Shown: piece after piece, positions 61,701 to 64,000 of the stretch
Numbering within the stretch: the first letter of the stretch is position 1
Layout: every line of letters begins with the position of its first letter
Assembly (NCBI GenBank): GCA_038087875.1
Contig: JAXLNO010000101.1
Coordinates: 1-64,000, forward strand
Direction of reading: 5' to 3'
DNA: 64,000 nucleotides
Source of the DNA: Malacoraja senta
Lineage: Eukaryota
Notes under the pieces: model-generated
Database searches by the model: none
Told to the model about the DNA's origin: nothing
What the model saw: the letters and a program-made list of their open reading frames with translations, nothing else
Translations under genes and position numbers: made by a program

Positions 61701-64000
61701 AACCTTTTGCATTTTCAAAGCAAATCTTTTGCATTTTCAAACAAAACCTCCTTTTGCAATTTCAAACCGATCCACCATTTGCATTTTCAAACCAAATCTC
61801 CATTTGCATTTTCAAACCAAACCTCCTTTTGGATTATCAAACCAAATCACCTTTTTAATTTTCAAAGCAAACCACCTTTTGCATTTTCAAAGGAAACGTT
61901 TGAATTTTCAAACAAATCTTGTGCATTTTCAAACCAAACCTCCTTTTGCATTTTAAAGCAATCCTTTTGCATTTACAAAGCAAACCTTTTGCATTTTCAA
62001 ACCAAATCTCCTTTTGCAATTTCAAACCAAACCACAATTTGCATTTTCAATCCAAACCACTATTTTCATTTTCAAAACAAACCTCCTTTTGGATTTTCAA
62101 ACCAAACCAACTTTGCATTTTCAAAGTAAACCTTTTGCATTTTCAAACCAAAACTCCATTTGCATTTTAAAAGCAATCCTTTGGCATTTTCAAAGCATAC
62201 CACCTTTTGTATTTTCAAAGCAAACTTTTGCATTTTCAAAGCAAACCTTTTGCATTTTCAAAGCAAACCTTTTGCATTTTCAAACCGAACAGCCTTTTCC
62301 ATTTTCAAAGAAAACATTTTGCATTTTCAAAGCAAACCTTTTGCATTTTCAAACAAAACCTCCATTTGCATTTTCAAACAAAACCACCTTTTGCATTTTC
62401 AAAGCAAACTTTTGAATTTTCAAACAAACCTTTTGCATTTTCAAACCAAACCTCCTTTTTTATATTTTTGCATTTTCATAGAAAACCTTTTGCATTTTCA
62501 AAGCATATATTTAGCATTTTCAAACCAAACCACATTTTGCATTTTCAAAGCAAACCTATTCCATTTTCAAAGCAAACCTTTTGCATTTTCAAACTAACCT
62601 CCTTTTGCATTTTCAAACCAAACCACCGTTTGCATTTTCAAACCAAACCTCCTTTTTGCATTTTCAAACCAAACCTCCTTTTGCATTTTCAAAGCAAACC
62701 TTTTGCATTTTCAAAGCAAACCTTTTGCATTTTCAAACACATCTTGTGCATTTTCAAAGCAAAATAACTTTTGCATTTTCAAAGCAAACTTTGCATTAAA
62801 AAAAAATTCCTTTTGCAATTTCAAATCAAACCACCATTTGCATTTTCAAACCAAACCACTATTTGCATTTTCAAAACAAACCTCCTTTTGGATTTTCAAA
62901 CCAAACAATCTTTTGCATTTTCAAAGCAAACCACCTTTGCATTTTCAAAGCAAACTTTTGAATTTTCAATCCGATCTTGTGCTTTTTCAAACCAAACCTC
63001 CTTTTGCATTTTCAAACCAACTTTTCATTTTCAAAGTAAACCTTTTGCATTTTCAAACCAAAACGCCATTTGCATTTTAAAAGCAATCCTTTAGCATTTT
63101 CAAAGCATACCACCTTTTGCATTTTCAAAGCAAACTTTTGCATTTTCAAAGCAAACCTTTTGCATTTTCAAAGCAATCCTTTTGCATTTTCAAACCAAAC
63201 AGCCTTTTCCATTTTCAAAGAAAACATTTTGCATTTTCAAAGCAAACCTTTTGCATTTTCAAACAAAACCTCCATTTGCATTTTCAAACAAAACCACCTT
63301 TTGCATTTTCAAAGCAAACTTTTGAATTTTCAAACAAACCTTTTGCATTTTCAAACCAAACCTCCTTTTTTATATTTTTGCATTTTCATAGAAAACCTTT
63401 TGCATTTTCAAAGCATATATTTAGCAATTTCAAACCAAACCATATTTTGCATTTTCAAAGCAAACCTATTCCATTTTCAAAGCAAACCTTTTGCATTTTC
63501 AAACTAACCTCCTTTTGCATTTTCAAACCAAACCACCGTTTGCATTTTCAAACCAAACCTCCTTTTTGCATTTTCAAACCAAACCTCCTTTTGCATTTTC
63601 AAAGCAAACCTTTTGCATTTTCAAAGCAAACCTTTTGCATTTTTAAACCATACCACCATTCGCATTTTCAAACCAACCTCCATTTGCATTTTCAAACCAA
63701 ACTTCCTTTTGCATTTTCAATGCAAACTTTTGCATTTTCAAAGCAAACTTTTGCATTTTCAAACAAATCTTGTGCATTTTCAAAGCAAAATAACTTTTGC
63801 ATTTTCAAAGCAAACTTTTGCATTTTCAAACAAATCTTGTGCATTTTCAAAGCAAAATAACTTTTGCATTTTCAAAGTCAACTTTTTGCATTTTCAAAGC
63901 AAACATTTTCCATTTTGAAACCAAACCACCTTTTGCATTTCCAAACCAATACACCATTTGTAGTTTCAAACCAAACAACCATTTGCATTTTCAAAGCAAT
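49744..64000 (+). repeat. 22/25-bp satellite with local higher-order repeats (577, 678, 555/577, 2272/2827 and 910 bp); runs off the window end
   Basis: ORF-pair offsets: 51212/51789 (577), 54067/54745 (678), 58892/59447/60002 (555), 56255/58527 (2272), 58007/60834 (2827), 62160/63070 (910). Confidence 0.97.

Noticed and set aside
2717..63918. Hundreds of ORFs rich in HFQSKPPFAFSKQTTFCIFKAN
   Set aside because: They are translations of a satellite whose plus-strand monomer lacks stop codons. They overlap in all frames, mostly start at TTG, and show no domain signal.

Overview
Eukaryotic, repeat-dominated DNA with no intact protein-coding gene. The CR1 3' ends suggest a vertebrate, probably a cartilaginous fish (inference). 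About two thirds of the window is a single-orientation satellite built from 22-bp and 25-bp monomers, TTTTGCATTTTCAAA(G/C)CAAACC(ACC). It is organised into local higher-order repeats of about 555-4100 bp, and the hundreds of F/Q/K/H-rich ORFs in the track are artefacts of it. LINEs sit directly in the satellite: a 5'-truncated CR1 (1188-2660, minus), two near-identical CR1 3' fragments carried by a 4-kb duplication, and a 5'-truncated L1-clade element (20990-25098, minus). At 33740-49743 lies a 16-kb nested transposon island whose junctions can be read to within a base. A Gypsy LTR element (5-bp TSD) contains DIRS1-like element A (35341-46710, plus). A contains a related DIRS element B (37664-44265, minus), and B contains a non-autonomous PIF/Harbinger element (39816-41610, TAA TSD). 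A 75-bp CR1 tail is inserted in A's right terminus. All TE coding regions are disrupted or truncated. I find no clearly new biological system. The most interesting points are the DIRS terminal architecture (short ITRs, precise circle junction, conserved leader intron), the four-level nesting, and the satellite's structure and evolution.
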